64,000 nt of DNA from Nitrospinaceae bacterium (GTDB taxonomy: Bacteria; Nitrospinota; Nitrospinia; Nitrospinales; Nitrospinaceae): NCBI GenBank assembly GCA_965223245.1, contig CBDCVY010000013.1:3646883-3710882 (forward strand), in the 5' to 3' direction. This document shows positions 18,861-28,504 of the stretch, one piece after another. The notes under the pieces were generated by a model, which saw nothing but the letters and a program-made list of their open reading frames with translations, was not told the origin of the DNA and did no database searches. A program made the position numbers and the translations under genes. Numbering within the stretch: the stretch's first letter is position 1; each line of letters opens with the position of its first letter.

Positions 18861-19586
18861 TTATTTATAAATTGAAACGCTGATGGCACCCCCAAGGTCA
18901 CCTTCGTGGCCTCCAGATTTACCAGCATGGATTCCAGCACCTGCGTCACCACCGTGACATCCCATACAGCCGGCTTTATAATACTCAGGCAGAATTAAGC
19001 GGAAAGCTTTTTTGCCATTGTGAGTAGTTAATTCTGAAAAGGTTTGACCTTTTTTCCAATCCCCTTTGAGAAATTTCCCGTCAATAACACCTTTTTCCCA
19101 ATCATCTGCTTTGTTAGAAGCATTCACTAAATATTTATCTTGGGTAGTAAGTTTAAGGTACATTTTACCACCCGAGGTTTCACCAAATCGTGTGGCTGCT
19201 TTTCTTGCAAAAATTGCGGGAAGAAAACGCCCTTTGGGGTCTAAATCTTTATCTTTCCCACTAATGACATCTCCAACCACTCCTTTAATAGCAGTAAGCA
19301 GAACATCCTGGGCTTTTCCTAAATCCCCGGAGCCTTTTTCAAAACCTTTTCCAGCTATTTTTGCATAATTATCTTTAGTAATTGCAAGGAATTTGTCTAC
19401 GTCAATTCCTGCCCCAGTGGGATTTTTGATCAGCGGTTTATTCTGAACCAAAACCGCTCTCGAGGATTTTAATAATAAAGTCAATTCTTTAGCTATTGCT
19501 TCATCATTGCTTGCCAAAACCGAGGTGGCGCTAAAACCAATCATCAAACAAAACATCATCACAAAAGAAAACAAAAATTTTCTCAT
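18861..19586 (-). CDS. Secreted c-type heme protein, DUF3365/Tll0287-like
   Basis: N-terminal signal peptide. A single CxxCH (CMGCHGG) near the C-terminus in a glycine-rich segment. The overall layout resembles Tll0287-like heme PAS domains. Confidence 0.45.
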   Translation of the reverse strand: MRKFLFSFVMMFCLMIGFSATSVLASNDEAIAKELTLLLKSSRAVLVQNKPLIKNPTGAGIDVDKFLAITKDNYAKIAGKGFEKGSGDLGKAQDVLLTAIKGVVGDVISGKDKDLDPKGRFLPAIFARKAATRFGETSGGKMYLKLTTQDKYLVNASNKADDWEKGVIDGKFLKGDWKKGQTFSELTTHNGKKAFRLILPEYYKAGCMGCHGGDAGAGIHAGKSGGHEGDLGGAISVSIYK

Positions 19587-19775
19587 AGGACGTCCTCCCC
19601 TTTTATTAAAAGGAATAATATTGGTATAAATAACAAGGATTTCGAGAAAGGATTATAATAGAAACAAAACAAAATAATAAAAATAATTGATAAAGTTTAT
19701 TTAACTAGTGGTTTTTCAATGACTTTTAATTAGAAATTAGTTTGGTATTAAGAAGAAAATCGATTTAATATTAAG

Positions 19776-19801
19776 AAAATTCCTAAAATTTTAGGAATTT
19801 T
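19776..19801. promoter_or_regulatory. 26-bp perfect palindrome (candidate operator) in a 1.1-kb ORF-free AT-rich region
   Basis: aaaattcctaaaa|ttttaggaatttt is exactly self-complementary (13+13). It lies about 190 bp upstream of the minus-strand heme-protein start and about 880 bp upstream of the + strand gene at 20684. Confidence 0.35.
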
Positions 19802-20683
19802 CTTATGGAGTTTTACGATATAGGCTTTCGCTTTAGCCCTCTTTTTTTTAATAATAAATTAAAAACAACAGATTTGGGAAACTAAAAAGGGATCTTTAAA
19901 ATAGTGAAATTGCCCAAAAGTACTTAATTTAGGTGGGCGCGTATTTGTTTTTGAATTAAAAAACTTTTGGATCATTTAAATAATTCAATTCAAGCCTTTC
20001 GATGAAACTATGAAAACTGGCAATATGTTTTTAATGAGAACTAAATTATTAAAAAAATTGAATCTACTTAAATAAACTTTCTGAAGGGCAAACGTTTAAA
20101 AATATGAAAATAAAGGAAATTTATTGTAAAAAGGGTGAAAAGAAAATGGAAAGCAAAAAATCATTTTTAATACTCATGGCTTAATGTAAAATAATTTAAA
20201 GAGGGTCAAAGTCTTTGATTTTATAAGTTTAAGGAATAGTATTGCTGAAAACTTATTTGATGAAATCTAATGAATTCCAAACCGTTGTAAAAGAGTTCTA
20301 AAATAAAAATCCTATAAAATTAGCTTTTTTAACTTATAATATAACCCCCTGGGAAATTAAAGGAATTAATAGTTGGAGAGATCAAAAATCAATTTTTTAT
20401 CCTTTAAGGACCCTGTAAAAAAGAGTAGCTTTTTTACAAGTCTTCCTTAATTAAGAGTTCTAGATTTATAATGTAGTTTGTGTGCAAGTAATTCCGAAAA
20501 CGGGAGGGTGACCGGAAAACTTTCAAACAAACTATTGTTTAAATAAAATTAATTATTGATTCGACACTTTTGGGTCGGCTTGGCAGACGTTTGTTTTTTT
20601 TCAATTGATAGTTTGCTTAAAGTCGAATATCCAATAAAGATAAATCTTTTCCAATAGCATTAAATAGAATCTCTGGTCACCTT

Positions 20684-22009
20684 ATGAAAATGAAAGCAAG
20701 ACTTTATTATTTTTTGCGGAATAATTTCATTTTTAAAAATTGGGCAGAATATTATAAGGAGACTTGGGGATTAGTAAATAATGAAAGTACTCACTCTCTT
20801 CTTAAGGACCTTTTGACTCATGCCAGAGAAAATGTTCCTTTTTATAGCAGGTCCATTCCCTACAAAAAAGATTTAGAAAACTATCTTCAAGACATTCCAA
20901 TCCTAAGTAGAGAAGCCATAGAAAAAAACTTAGAGCAATTAAAATCCATTGATTTTTTAAAACGGCCCTATTTTTTAAATAGTTCTAGTGGTTCAACGGC
21001 CCAACCCATTCGGTTTTACCAAGACAAAGATTATAATGAATGGTTGTTGGCAACTGAAAACTATTATTACAAACAGTTTTTAGGAATCGATTATGCTGAT
21101 ACCCGCAAAGTTATTATATGGGGGTCGGCAAGGGATTTAAAAACTTCATCTTCTATTAAATCGAAAATTGGCCAATTTTTAAGTAGCACTTATTTCTTAA
21201 ATTCTTTTGATGTTTCCCCCAATATGTGGGGTAACTTTCGGGATGCCATTAATCATATTAAGCCAGAGTTAATTCGAAGTTATGCGAGTAGTTTGTATTT
21301 ACTTGCAAGGCATATAAAAGAAAATAATCTGAAATGCCACCGACCGAATTTCTTAATCACCTCTGCTGAAACGCTTAAACCGTATATGCGTGAAACTATT
21401 GAAGATGTTTTTCAGCAAAATGTTTTGGATTACTACGGTAGCCGGGAATTAGGGATTATTGCGGCTCAATGTACAAAAGGAAAAATGCATACATTTCCTT
21501 TCTTTAATTATGTGGAAATCACTAATAGTGATGGAAAACCAGTTGAACCGGGTGAAGATGGGATTGTATTGATCACCAATTTAAGAAACTATTCAATGCC
21601 ATTCATTCGTTATCAAATTGGAGACACTGCCATAATGGGAGACCATTGCCTTTGTGGAGAAACTACTCCAGTGCTTGAAAAAGTGACGGGTCGAATTGCA
21701 GACCATTTCCTTGCCCAAGATGGAAGCCAAGTCCATGGACTGTTTTTTAGTAGGATGTTTTTCTTTAAAAAATGGGTGGCGGAATTCCAATTATTACAAA
21801 AAGAAATTGACCTTATTGAAATTCATTTCGTCCCTAAAGAGTTACCCCCTTCATCAGATAAAGAAGAAATTAACAGAAGAATCAGAGAAAGAATGGGAGA
21901 GCATTGCCGGATTAATTGGGTAGAAAAAGATAAAATTCATCGAACCCGAGAAGGAAAGTGGATTATTACCAAGAATTTAATCAATAAGGAAAAAACAACA
22001 GTATTTTAA
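20684..22009 (+). CDS. Phenylacetate-CoA ligase-like / coenzyme F390 synthetase-like adenylate-forming enzyme (PaaK/CapK family)
   Basis: AMP-binding core SSGSTAQP. 441 aa with a PaaK-like domain order. Could alternatively be a CapK-like capsule enzyme. Confidence 0.6.
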   Translation: MKMKARLYYFLRNNFIFKNWAEYYKETWGLVNNESTHSLLKDLLTHARENVPFYSRSIPYKKDLENYLQDIPILSREAIEKNLEQLKSIDFLKRPYFLNSSSGSTAQPIRFYQDKDYNEWLLATENYYYKQFLGIDYADTRKVIIWGSARDLKTSSSIKSKIGQFLSSTYFLNSFDVSPNMWGNFRDAINHIKPELIRSYASSLYLLARHIKENNLKCHRPNFLITSAETLKPYMRETIEDVFQQNVLDYYGSRELGIIAAQCTKGKMHTFPFFNYVEITNSDGKPVEPGEDGIVLITNLRNYSMPFIRYQIGDTAIMGDHCLCGETTPVLEKVTGRIADHFLAQDGSQVHGLFFSRMFFFKKWVAEFQLLQKEIDLIEIHFVPKELPPSSDKEEINRRIRERMGEHCRINWVEKDKIHRTREGKWIITKNLINKEKTTVF

Positions 22010-22044
22010 TATAAATTGAGCCAAATTTATTTCCGGATTGAAGA

Positions 22045-22353
22045 TTATTTATTAAGTTCCTTACCCAACTTTTTTTCCACAGAAGCCATTTTAGATTCTA
22101 GTCGACCGGTTTTCCCTTTCCGATAATCAATTTTTATTGCACATGTGATCCGGTTACAGTCAGAGCTCATTTTTTCATAGCATTGTTTCACCACTTCCAT
22201 CACTTCATCCCATTCTCCCTCGAGAACGGTCCCCATCGGATTTAGACGATAAGGAACACCACTATTTGAAATAATATCCAGAGAACGGCTGACATAAGGG
22301 CTGACACTTTCCCCCTTATCCATAGGCGACATACTAAATTCTAGAAGAATCAT
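22045..22353 (-). CDS. MTH1187/YkoF-family protein (UPF0045; thiamine/ligand-binding ferredoxin-like fold)
   Basis: 102-aa protein with the typical size and MTH1187/YkoF family pattern (SMSPMDKGESVSPYVSRSLDII...YRLNPMGTVLEGEWDEV). Confidence 0.65.
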   Translation of the reverse strand: MILLEFSMSPMDKGESVSPYVSRSLDIISNSGVPYRLNPMGTVLEGEWDEVMEVVKQCYEKMSSDCNRITCAIKIDYRKGKTGRLESKMASVEKKLGKELNK

Positions 22354-22417
22354 TAGGTTTCCTTTCTAATCATATTCTGGTGAACTGAATTTTATGCTTG
22401 CATTTTAGTGGGAAAAT

Positions 22418-23560
22418 GTGAAATCATCAACATTCGCATTCGAAATTCCAAGTTTCGAAAATCCAAGTAAAGGCGGTACAAATCGTTTGAGCAAAATTGA
22501 TCAATTTCGAAGTCAGATCGATAAGATCGACGAGAAATTATTGCAATTGTTCAATCGCCGGGCTAGTTTAGCAATAAAAATCGGCGAAGAAAAATCAAAG
22601 CAAAATAAAGCGAACCATTTTCATGTTCCTCACCGTGAAAGAGACATATTCGAACGCTTAAGGATTTTGAATTCCGGTCCACTTCCCTCTTCGGCAATTG
22701 AAATTATTTTTCGCGAAATATTTTCAGCAACTTTAGCTTTAGAAAAGCCTTTACGAATTTCCTTTTTGGGGCCAGAAACTACTTTTTCGCACCAAGCTGC
22801 CATTAAACAATTCGGCCATTCCGCAGTTTTTCTGCCTTGCGCAACCATTGAATCTATATTTTCTCAAGTAGAGCAAGGAAACGCGGACTACGGTATTGTC
22901 CCCATTGAAAACTCGATCGAAGGAGTTGTGAACTTAACGTTGGATTGTTTTGTAGATTCAAAACTTTTCATTTGTGAAGAAATTAAATTAAGAATTAACT
23001 TGTTTTACATGTCGAAGACAGGGGATTCCAAAAAAGTAAAAGCAATATACTCTCATCCTCAGCCATTGGCTCAATGTCGTAATTGGCTAAATAAAAACAC
23101 ATCCGGAATTGAACAAATTGCTACTTCCAGCACTGCAAATGCAGCAGAGATGGCATCAAAAAATAAAAATACGGCTGCCATAGCTGGGAAATTGGCAGCT
23201 GAATATTATGATTTAGAGGTCATAGCAGAAAGAATTGAAGATCGTTCTCAAAATACCACTCGATTTTTAGTCATCAGCAAGGAACCAGCAAAAAAAGCCA
23301 AACATAATAAAACCTCAATAATGTTTTCGATTAGAGATGAGGCTGGCTCACTTATTAAAGTACTTCAACTTTTTGCCCGCCATAAAATCAATTTGACGAA
23401 AATTCAATCCCGTCCTTTACGCAATCGACCCTGGGAGTATTTATTCTTTGTTGATTTTGAAGGCCATAAAGATGATCAAAGCATTGGAAAAGTAATTGAC
23501 CAACTTGGACGGCGTTGTGTCTTCATTCGTGTATTGGGATCATATCCCAGATTGGTTTGA
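22418..23560 (+). CDS. pheA: Bifunctional chorismate mutase / prephenate dehydratase (P-protein)
   Basis: N-terminal chorismate mutase helix (IDKIDEKLLQLFNRRASLAIKIGEEK). Prephenate dehydratase domain (ISFLGPETTFSHQAA; TRF). C-terminal ACT domain. Confidence 0.9.
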   Translation: MKSSTFAFEIPSFENPSKGGTNRLSKIDQFRSQIDKIDEKLLQLFNRRASLAIKIGEEKSKQNKANHFHVPHRERDIFERLRILNSGPLPSSAIEIIFREIFSATLALEKPLRISFLGPETTFSHQAAIKQFGHSAVFLPCATIESIFSQVEQGNADYGIVPIENSIEGVVNLTLDCFVDSKLFICEEIKLRINLFYMSKTGDSKKVKAIYSHPQPLAQCRNWLNKNTSGIEQIATSSTANAAEMASKNKNTAAIAGKLAAEYYDLEVIAERIEDRSQNTTRFLVISKEPAKKAKHNKTSIMFSIRDEAGSLIKVLQLFARHKINLTKIQSRPLRNRPWEYLFFVDFEGHKDDQSIGKVIDQLGRRCVFIRVLGSYPRLV

Positions 23561-23563
23561 TTT

Positions 23564-24439
23564 ATGGTTAAATTTGAAACCATAAGTATTATTGGAGTTG
23601 GCCTTTTAGGTGGAGCAATTGCTCAAGCTTGTCGATTTCATGGAGTGGCAAACCAAATAATTGGTTTTGGACGAAATGCCAAAAACTTAAAGGAAGCAGA
23701 GCAAGCCAATATTGTTGATAGAAGCTTTACAGATCTGGAGTCAGCTGTAAAGAACTCTGATCTAATAATCCTTTGCACACCCGTAGGGGTGCTAGTTGAT
23801 AGATTAAAGGAAATGCTTCCTTTCTTGAAAAAAGGTTGTTTGATAACCGATGTGGGATCGGTAAAAAGCTCACTGGTAAATAAAATCGATGGATTAATGT
23901 CCGATCAAATTCGTTTTGTAGGCTCCCATCCGATTGCTGGTGGAGAAAAAACAGGATGGAAGGCTTCTAATAAGGAGTTACTGAAAAATGCTCGATGTGT
24001 TGTGACTCCTACCCCTCGAACGGACCCCAGAGCATTGGAAGAAATTCGGTTATTTTGGGAGCAGTTAGGAATGATGGTAGAAGAAATGGATGCAGATGAA
24101 CATGATTATATCTATGGAGCTGTAAGCCATTTACCTCATGTAGTGGCTTTCACTCTTATGAATACAGTGGGTCAATCTAAAACGAAAAATCATGATGAAC
24201 TTTTATCTCTCTCTGCGGGGGGACTAAGGGATATTACCCGTATTGCATCAAGTGATCCTGTAATGTGGAGAGATATTTGTGTGAATAATAAAAAGCATCT
24301 AAATAAATTAATTGATGATTTTCAACAAGAACTGAACATTATTAAAACTTATATTAATAGTGAGGATAAAGAGACCTTACAAAATTCATTTCAAATGGCC
24401 AAGGATAGGCGTGAGTTATTAACTAAGGAAACCGAATGA
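23564..24439 (+). CDS. tyrA: Prephenate/arogenate dehydrogenase
   Basis: Rossmann fold IIGVGLLGGAIA. TyrA family. Lies directly after pheA. Confidence 0.85.
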   Translation: MVKFETISIIGVGLLGGAIAQACRFHGVANQIIGFGRNAKNLKEAEQANIVDRSFTDLESAVKNSDLIILCTPVGVLVDRLKEMLPFLKKGCLITDVGSVKSSLVNKIDGLMSDQIRFVGSHPIAGGEKTGWKASNKELLKNARCVVTPTPRTDPRALEEIRLFWEQLGMMVEEMDADEHDYIYGAVSHLPHVVAFTLMNTVGQSKTKNHDELLSLSAGGLRDITRIASSDPVMWRDICVNNKKHLNKLIDDFQQELNIIKTYINSEDKETLQNSFQMAKDRRELLTKETE

Positions 24440-25101
24440 TAATTGCTATCGATGGGCCTGCGGGTAGTGGTAAAAGTACGGTAGCTCGAATAATTGCCCA
24501 GAAACTAGGGTTTAATTACATTGAGACAGGGTCTATGTATCGTGCGGTAGCCTGGAAAACAGATGAGGATAATGTAGATCCAAAAAATTTGGATCAAGTA
24601 TCATTATTGGCGAAAAAATTGGTAATAGAATTTGTACCCAATACGGAAGGCCAGAAAGTATTGGTGAATGGGAAGGATTTAACTACCATTTTGAAAACGG
24701 AATCCATTGGACAAATTGCGGCCATTGTAGCAGCCAACCCAAAAGTAAGAGAACTTATGGTTGCTAAACAACGACAAATGGGAAAAACAGGAAATGTTGT
24801 TATGGATGGACGTGACATAGGGACGGATGTCTTCCCTAATGCTGAAAGAAAATTTTTTTTAAAGGCGGATCCAGAAGAACGGGCTCGTCGTCGTTACCTG
24901 GAATTGAAAGAAAAATATCCAGGTTTGAAATTAGATGAAGTAATTAAGCAGATGAAGCAAAGAGACTTTGAAGATGAAAATCGGGCGGTCTCGCCTTTGC
25001 GACCTGCAGAGGATGCAGTTATTGTAGACACCACCGGACTGACAATTGATGAGGTAATTGAAAGGGTGTCAAATGCAATTCAATCTGTTCAAGAGAAATA
25101 A
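24436..25101 (+). CDS. cmk: Cytidylate kinase
   Basis: IAIDGPAGSGKST P-loop and ETGSMYRAV. Conserved cmk-rpsA context. Confidence 0.9.
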   Translation: MIIAIDGPAGSGKSTVARIIAQKLGFNYIETGSMYRAVAWKTDEDNVDPKNLDQVSLLAKKLVIEFVPNTEGQKVLVNGKDLTTILKTESIGQIAAIVAANPKVRELMVAKQRQMGKTGNVVMDGRDIGTDVFPNAERKFFLKADPEERARRRYLELKEKYPGLKLDEVIKQMKQRDFEDENRAVSPLRPAEDAVIVDTTGLTIDEVIERVSNAIQSVQEK

Positions 25102-25145
25102 ACACAGAAAAGAATATCAATAATTTAGTTTTAAGGAGAAACATT

Positions 25146-26846
25146 GTGCAGGAATTTGATTTGGAGTTTGATGATTTTGAGGATGAGGAGCTAACAGAGG
25201 AGGATAAAGCTGCTCGCCAAGAATTGGAAGCCTATCTGGAACAAAGTATGACCAACTTCAAAGAGGGCGAAATCATCAATGGGAAAGTATTGAATGTAGG
25301 AAAAGGGATGGTCACCATTGATGTAGGTTTTAAATCGGAAGGAATTGTTAATTTAAATGAATTCCCTGAGTCGGAAAAAAACCTCCAAATCGGAGACGAT
25401 GTTGAAGTTTTTTTAGAGCGAGTTGAGGATAATGATGGCATTGTTGTGCTGTCTAAAGAAAAAGCCAACAAAATAAAAATTTGGGAAAAACTGGTCACGG
25501 CTTTTGAATCTGGAGAAATTATTGAAGGGGTTGTAGTGGCCAAAGCAAAAGGTGGTCTCACAGTGGATATAGGATTAAAAGCCTTTTTACCAGGTTCTCA
25601 AATTGATCTTCGCCCTGTACGAAATCTTGAAAAATTAATTGGTGATCGATTTGAAATGAAGATCATTAAAATGAATAAAAAGCGGGGCAATATAGTCCTT
25701 TCCCGAAGAATTTTGCTTGAAGAAGAACGGCAACAGGCTCGAGAAGGTACTCTTCAAAAAATGGAGGAAGGAAATAAAGTTGAAGGTATTGTTAAAAACA
25801 TTACCGATTACGGGGTGTTTATTGACTTAGGTGGCATTGATGGTCTTCTCCATATCACCGACATGTCCTGGGGACGCGTGAACCACCCATCAGAAATGTT
25901 TTCCATCGGGGACAAGGTTACTGTGATGGTCTTGAAATATGACAAAGAAAAAGAAAGAGTTTCTCTAGGCCTCAAACAGATTACTCCCGATCCTTGGGTT
26001 AATGTTGAAGAAAAATACCCTGTTAATACAAAAATCCAGGGCAATGTAGTCAGTATTACAGATTATGGTGCCTTTGTGGAATTAGAAAAAGGGATTGAAG
26101 GTTTAGTACACGTTTCTGAAATTTCATGGAGCAGGCATGTAAAACATCCAAATAAAGTAGTTTCTATTGGAGACTCTGTGGATGCAATTGTGTTAACTCT
26201 TGATAAAGAAAAGAAACGAATTTCATTGGGGATGAAGCAAACTGAACCTAACCCATGGAATGAAATTGAAGAAAAATATCCGATTGGTTCCCAAGTGGAA
26301 GGTATTGTCCGTAATTTAACGGATTTTGGAGCTTTTGTGGAATTAGAGGACGGTGTAGATGGCTTGATCCATATTTCTGATATGGCGTGGAACAAGAAAA
26401 TTAAACATCCCTCTGAAGCCCTTAAGAAAAAGGACAAAGTCACTGCAGCTGTTTTGAATATTGATAAGGAGGCTTGCCGGATTTCCCTTGGAATTAAACA
26501 ACTTGAACCGGACCCTTGGGAAAATATCCCTGAGCAATACCCTATTGGTAAAGATGTTTCAGGAACTATAGTAAAGGTTACCGGTTTTGGGGCTTTTGCT
26601 GAGTTTGACGAGGGATTAGAAGGTTTGATCCATGTTTCACAATTGAGTTCAGAAAAAGTTGCTCATCCGGAAAAAGTTGTAAAAGTTGGAGATTCTATTA
26701 AGGCTAAGGTGGTTAAGGTCGATACCACTAATAAGAAGATTGGTTTAAGTATTAAGGCTTATGAAGAGAACATGGATCCTTCGCAAATTGCTATGGAAGA
26801 TGTTCAGCTTGATGATCCGGAAGAACAAACCGAGGAATCCTCTTAA
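25146..26846 (+). CDS. rpsA: 30S ribosomal protein S1 (six S1 domains) with an acidic N-terminal extension
   Basis: Six tandem S1 repeats (GxVxxITDFGAFVEL...GLxHxSE). GTG start at 25146. An alternative ATG at 25251 would remove the 35-aa acidic extension. Confidence 0.95.
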   Translation: MQEFDLEFDDFEDEELTEEDKAARQELEAYLEQSMTNFKEGEIINGKVLNVGKGMVTIDVGFKSEGIVNLNEFPESEKNLQIGDDVEVFLERVEDNDGIVVLSKEKANKIKIWEKLVTAFESGEIIEGVVVAKAKGGLTVDIGLKAFLPGSQIDLRPVRNLEKLIGDRFEMKIIKMNKKRGNIVLSRRILLEEERQQAREGTLQKMEEGNKVEGIVKNITDYGVFIDLGGIDGLLHITDMSWGRVNHPSEMFSIGDKVTVMVLKYDKEKERVSLGLKQITPDPWVNVEEKYPVNTKIQGNVVSITDYGAFVELEKGIEGLVHVSEISWSRHVKHPNKVVSIGDSVDAIVLTLDKEKKRISLGMKQTEPNPWNEIEEKYPIGSQVEGIVRNLTDFGAFVELEDGVDGLIHISDMAWNKKIKHPSEALKKKDKVTAAVLNIDKEACRISLGIKQLEPDPWENIPEQYPIGKDVSGTIVKVTGFGAFAEFDEGLEGLIHVSQLSSEKVAHPEKVVKVGDSIKAKVVKVDTTNKKIGLSIKAYEENMDPSQIAMEDVQLDDPEEQTEESS

Positions 26847-26869
26847 CCTTAAAATCTTTGGAGAGAAAT

Positions 26870-27781
26870 ATGGCAGGAACGGCAACAAATAAACCGAAAA
26901 GATCTTTTAGTCGAGGTCTAATTTATTTTCTTGTGGGGCTTTTGGCCCTGATTGGACTCTCTTCTGTATTAGGGAAGTTCATGTCTAATGACTTAGACAA
27001 TGGTAAGGAAAAGATCGCTTTAGTAGAGGTTACAGGAATGATATCGGATTCTGCTGAAGTGGTGAATCAATTATCGCAGTATGGGAGAAATAAAAGTATT
27101 AAGGGTATTATTTTGCGCATTGATTCACCAGGGGGAGCGGTTGCGCCTTCACAAGAAATATATGATGAGGTTCTGAGAACTCGGGCAAAGAATAAAACGG
27201 TTTATGTCTCTATGGGAAGCCTGGCTGCTTCAGGGGGTTATTATATAGCCGCTGCTGCGGATCGTATTTTTGCTAATCCCGGAACTCTAACAGGAAGCAT
27301 TGGAGTTATAATGGCTTTTTCCAATGCAGAAGAGTTGATTCAAAAAATTGGGTTGAAGCCTGAAGTTGTAAAAAGTGGAAAATTTAAAGATACCGGATCC
27401 CCTGCCAGAAAAATGAGTAAGGAAGAAAGAGGATATTTACAAAGAGTAGTCAATGATGTCCACCAGCAGTTTGTCGAAGCAGTGGCAAAAGGAAGGAATT
27501 TAAAAATACCTGAGGCTCGAAAGTTGGCGGATGGAAGAATCTATACAGGCCGTCAGGCTTTCAAATTGAAAATGGTGGACCAAATAGGGAGCCTGGAAGA
27601 TGCAATTGCCAGTTTGAGTGAGGTTTTGGGGATACATGGAAGACCAAAAATTGTTAAAGAGTCTAAAAAACAAAGTTTTATGGAATGGTTTTTAGGAAAT
27701 AATGCAGTTGCTGAAAATATAAAAAGCGCCCTTTGGCCGGCTCGGTTTCCCCACCTCCAGTACCTATGGCTTCCGGGATAG
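26870..27781 (+). CDS. sppA: Signal peptide peptidase SppA (36K type, S49 family)
   Basis: One N-terminal TM segment. S49 motifs (RIDSPGGAVAPSQEIY; GSLAASGGYY). ATG 26870 is preceded by GGAGAG. The ORF track began at TTG 26858. Confidence 0.85.
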   Translation: MAGTATNKPKRSFSRGLIYFLVGLLALIGLSSVLGKFMSNDLDNGKEKIALVEVTGMISDSAEVVNQLSQYGRNKSIKGIILRIDSPGGAVAPSQEIYDEVLRTRAKNKTVYVSMGSLAASGGYYIAAAADRIFANPGTLTGSIGVIMAFSNAEELIQKIGLKPEVVKSGKFKDTGSPARKMSKEERGYLQRVVNDVHQQFVEAVAKGRNLKIPEARKLADGRIYTGRQAFKLKMVDQIGSLEDAIASLSEVLGIHGRPKIVKESKKQSFMEWFLGNNAVAENIKSALWPARFPHLQYLWLPG

Positions 27782-27970
27782 TTTACAGCTCAAAATTTTG
27801 CTATTTCGATAATTTTGTGGCTCAGATAGGGTATGAACCGATTTTATAACATTTTTTGAAGTTGGCTAACCTTTATTAAAGAAACCTTCTAACAAAAAAA
27901 AGTCCGAATTTATAAAAAATCCCAATACATACAAAAAAGGTATTATCTATTTCGATATGCTCAAAAACTC

Positions 27971-27998
27971 TTGACTTAGTTGGGGTTAGTGGTATACT
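27971..27998 (+). promoter_or_regulatory. Candidate sigma70 promoter of ihfB
   Basis: TTGACT, a 16-nt spacer, then TATACT. Lies 38 nt upstream of ATG 28036. SD AGGGGGAG. Confidence 0.4.
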
Positions 27999-28035
27999 TC
28001 TCCCATATTACGAGGCCATTAGGGGGAGAAGTTTC

Positions 28036-28368
28036 ATGACCAAGGCGGAGTTGGTAGAAAAGGTTTCCGCGCAAATCAACCTGACCAAAAAACAAACAGA
28101 GGTTGTGGTCAATACTGTGTTTCAAAGTATCACAGAATCTTTGGCGCAAGGCAAAAAGGTTGAGCTACGTGGATTTGGAAGTTTTCGAGTTCGAAATCGT
28201 AATGCCCGGATTGGAAGAAATCCAAAATCCGGTGATCGTGTTGACGTTCCAGCCAAGAAAGTCCCTTTTTTTAAAGCAGGTAAGGAGCTTAGGGAGCTAG
28301 TGGATGGGCATTTTGAAATCATGGACGATGATGATTATGATGATCTTGAGGATAGTTCCGAAGATTAG
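28036..28368 (+). CDS. ihfB: Integration host factor beta subunit (HU/IHF family) with an acidic C-terminal tail
   Basis: HU/IHF fold (GFGSFRVRNRNARIGRNPKSGDRVDVPAKKVPFFKAGKEL). The rpsA-...-ihfB synteny is typical of Proteobacteria. Poly-D/E tail DDDDYDDLEDSSED. Confidence 0.8.
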   Translation: MTKAELVEKVSAQINLTKKQTEVVVNTVFQSITESLAQGKKVELRGFGSFRVRNRNARIGRNPKSGDRVDVPAKKVPFFKAGKELRELVDGHFEIMDDDDYDDLEDSSED

Positions 28369-28413
28369 TTTTTGTTCATGATTTACCTCTTATTTCTATT
28401 GTTTATAAGTAGA

Positions 28414-28438
28414 GCAGGGTTTGGCCCTGCTTTTTTTT
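28414..28438 (+). terminator. Rho-independent terminator after ihfB
   Basis: GCAGGG-tttgg-CCCTGC hairpin followed by T8. Confidence 0.7.
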
Positions 28439-28504
28439 GTTTAACGACACAGTTTTAAATCCTTCTTTGCACCTACTTTATTTCGTTTTTACCTATTAAT
28501 TAGT

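Noticed and set aside
20461-20610. G/C-richer island with a weak hairpin (tcgacacttttgggtcggc...ttgttttttttc) that could be an sRNA or terminator
   Set aside because: The stem is only 4-5 bp with mismatches. There is no convincing structure or known RNA family signature. It is kept only as part of the long-intergenic finding.
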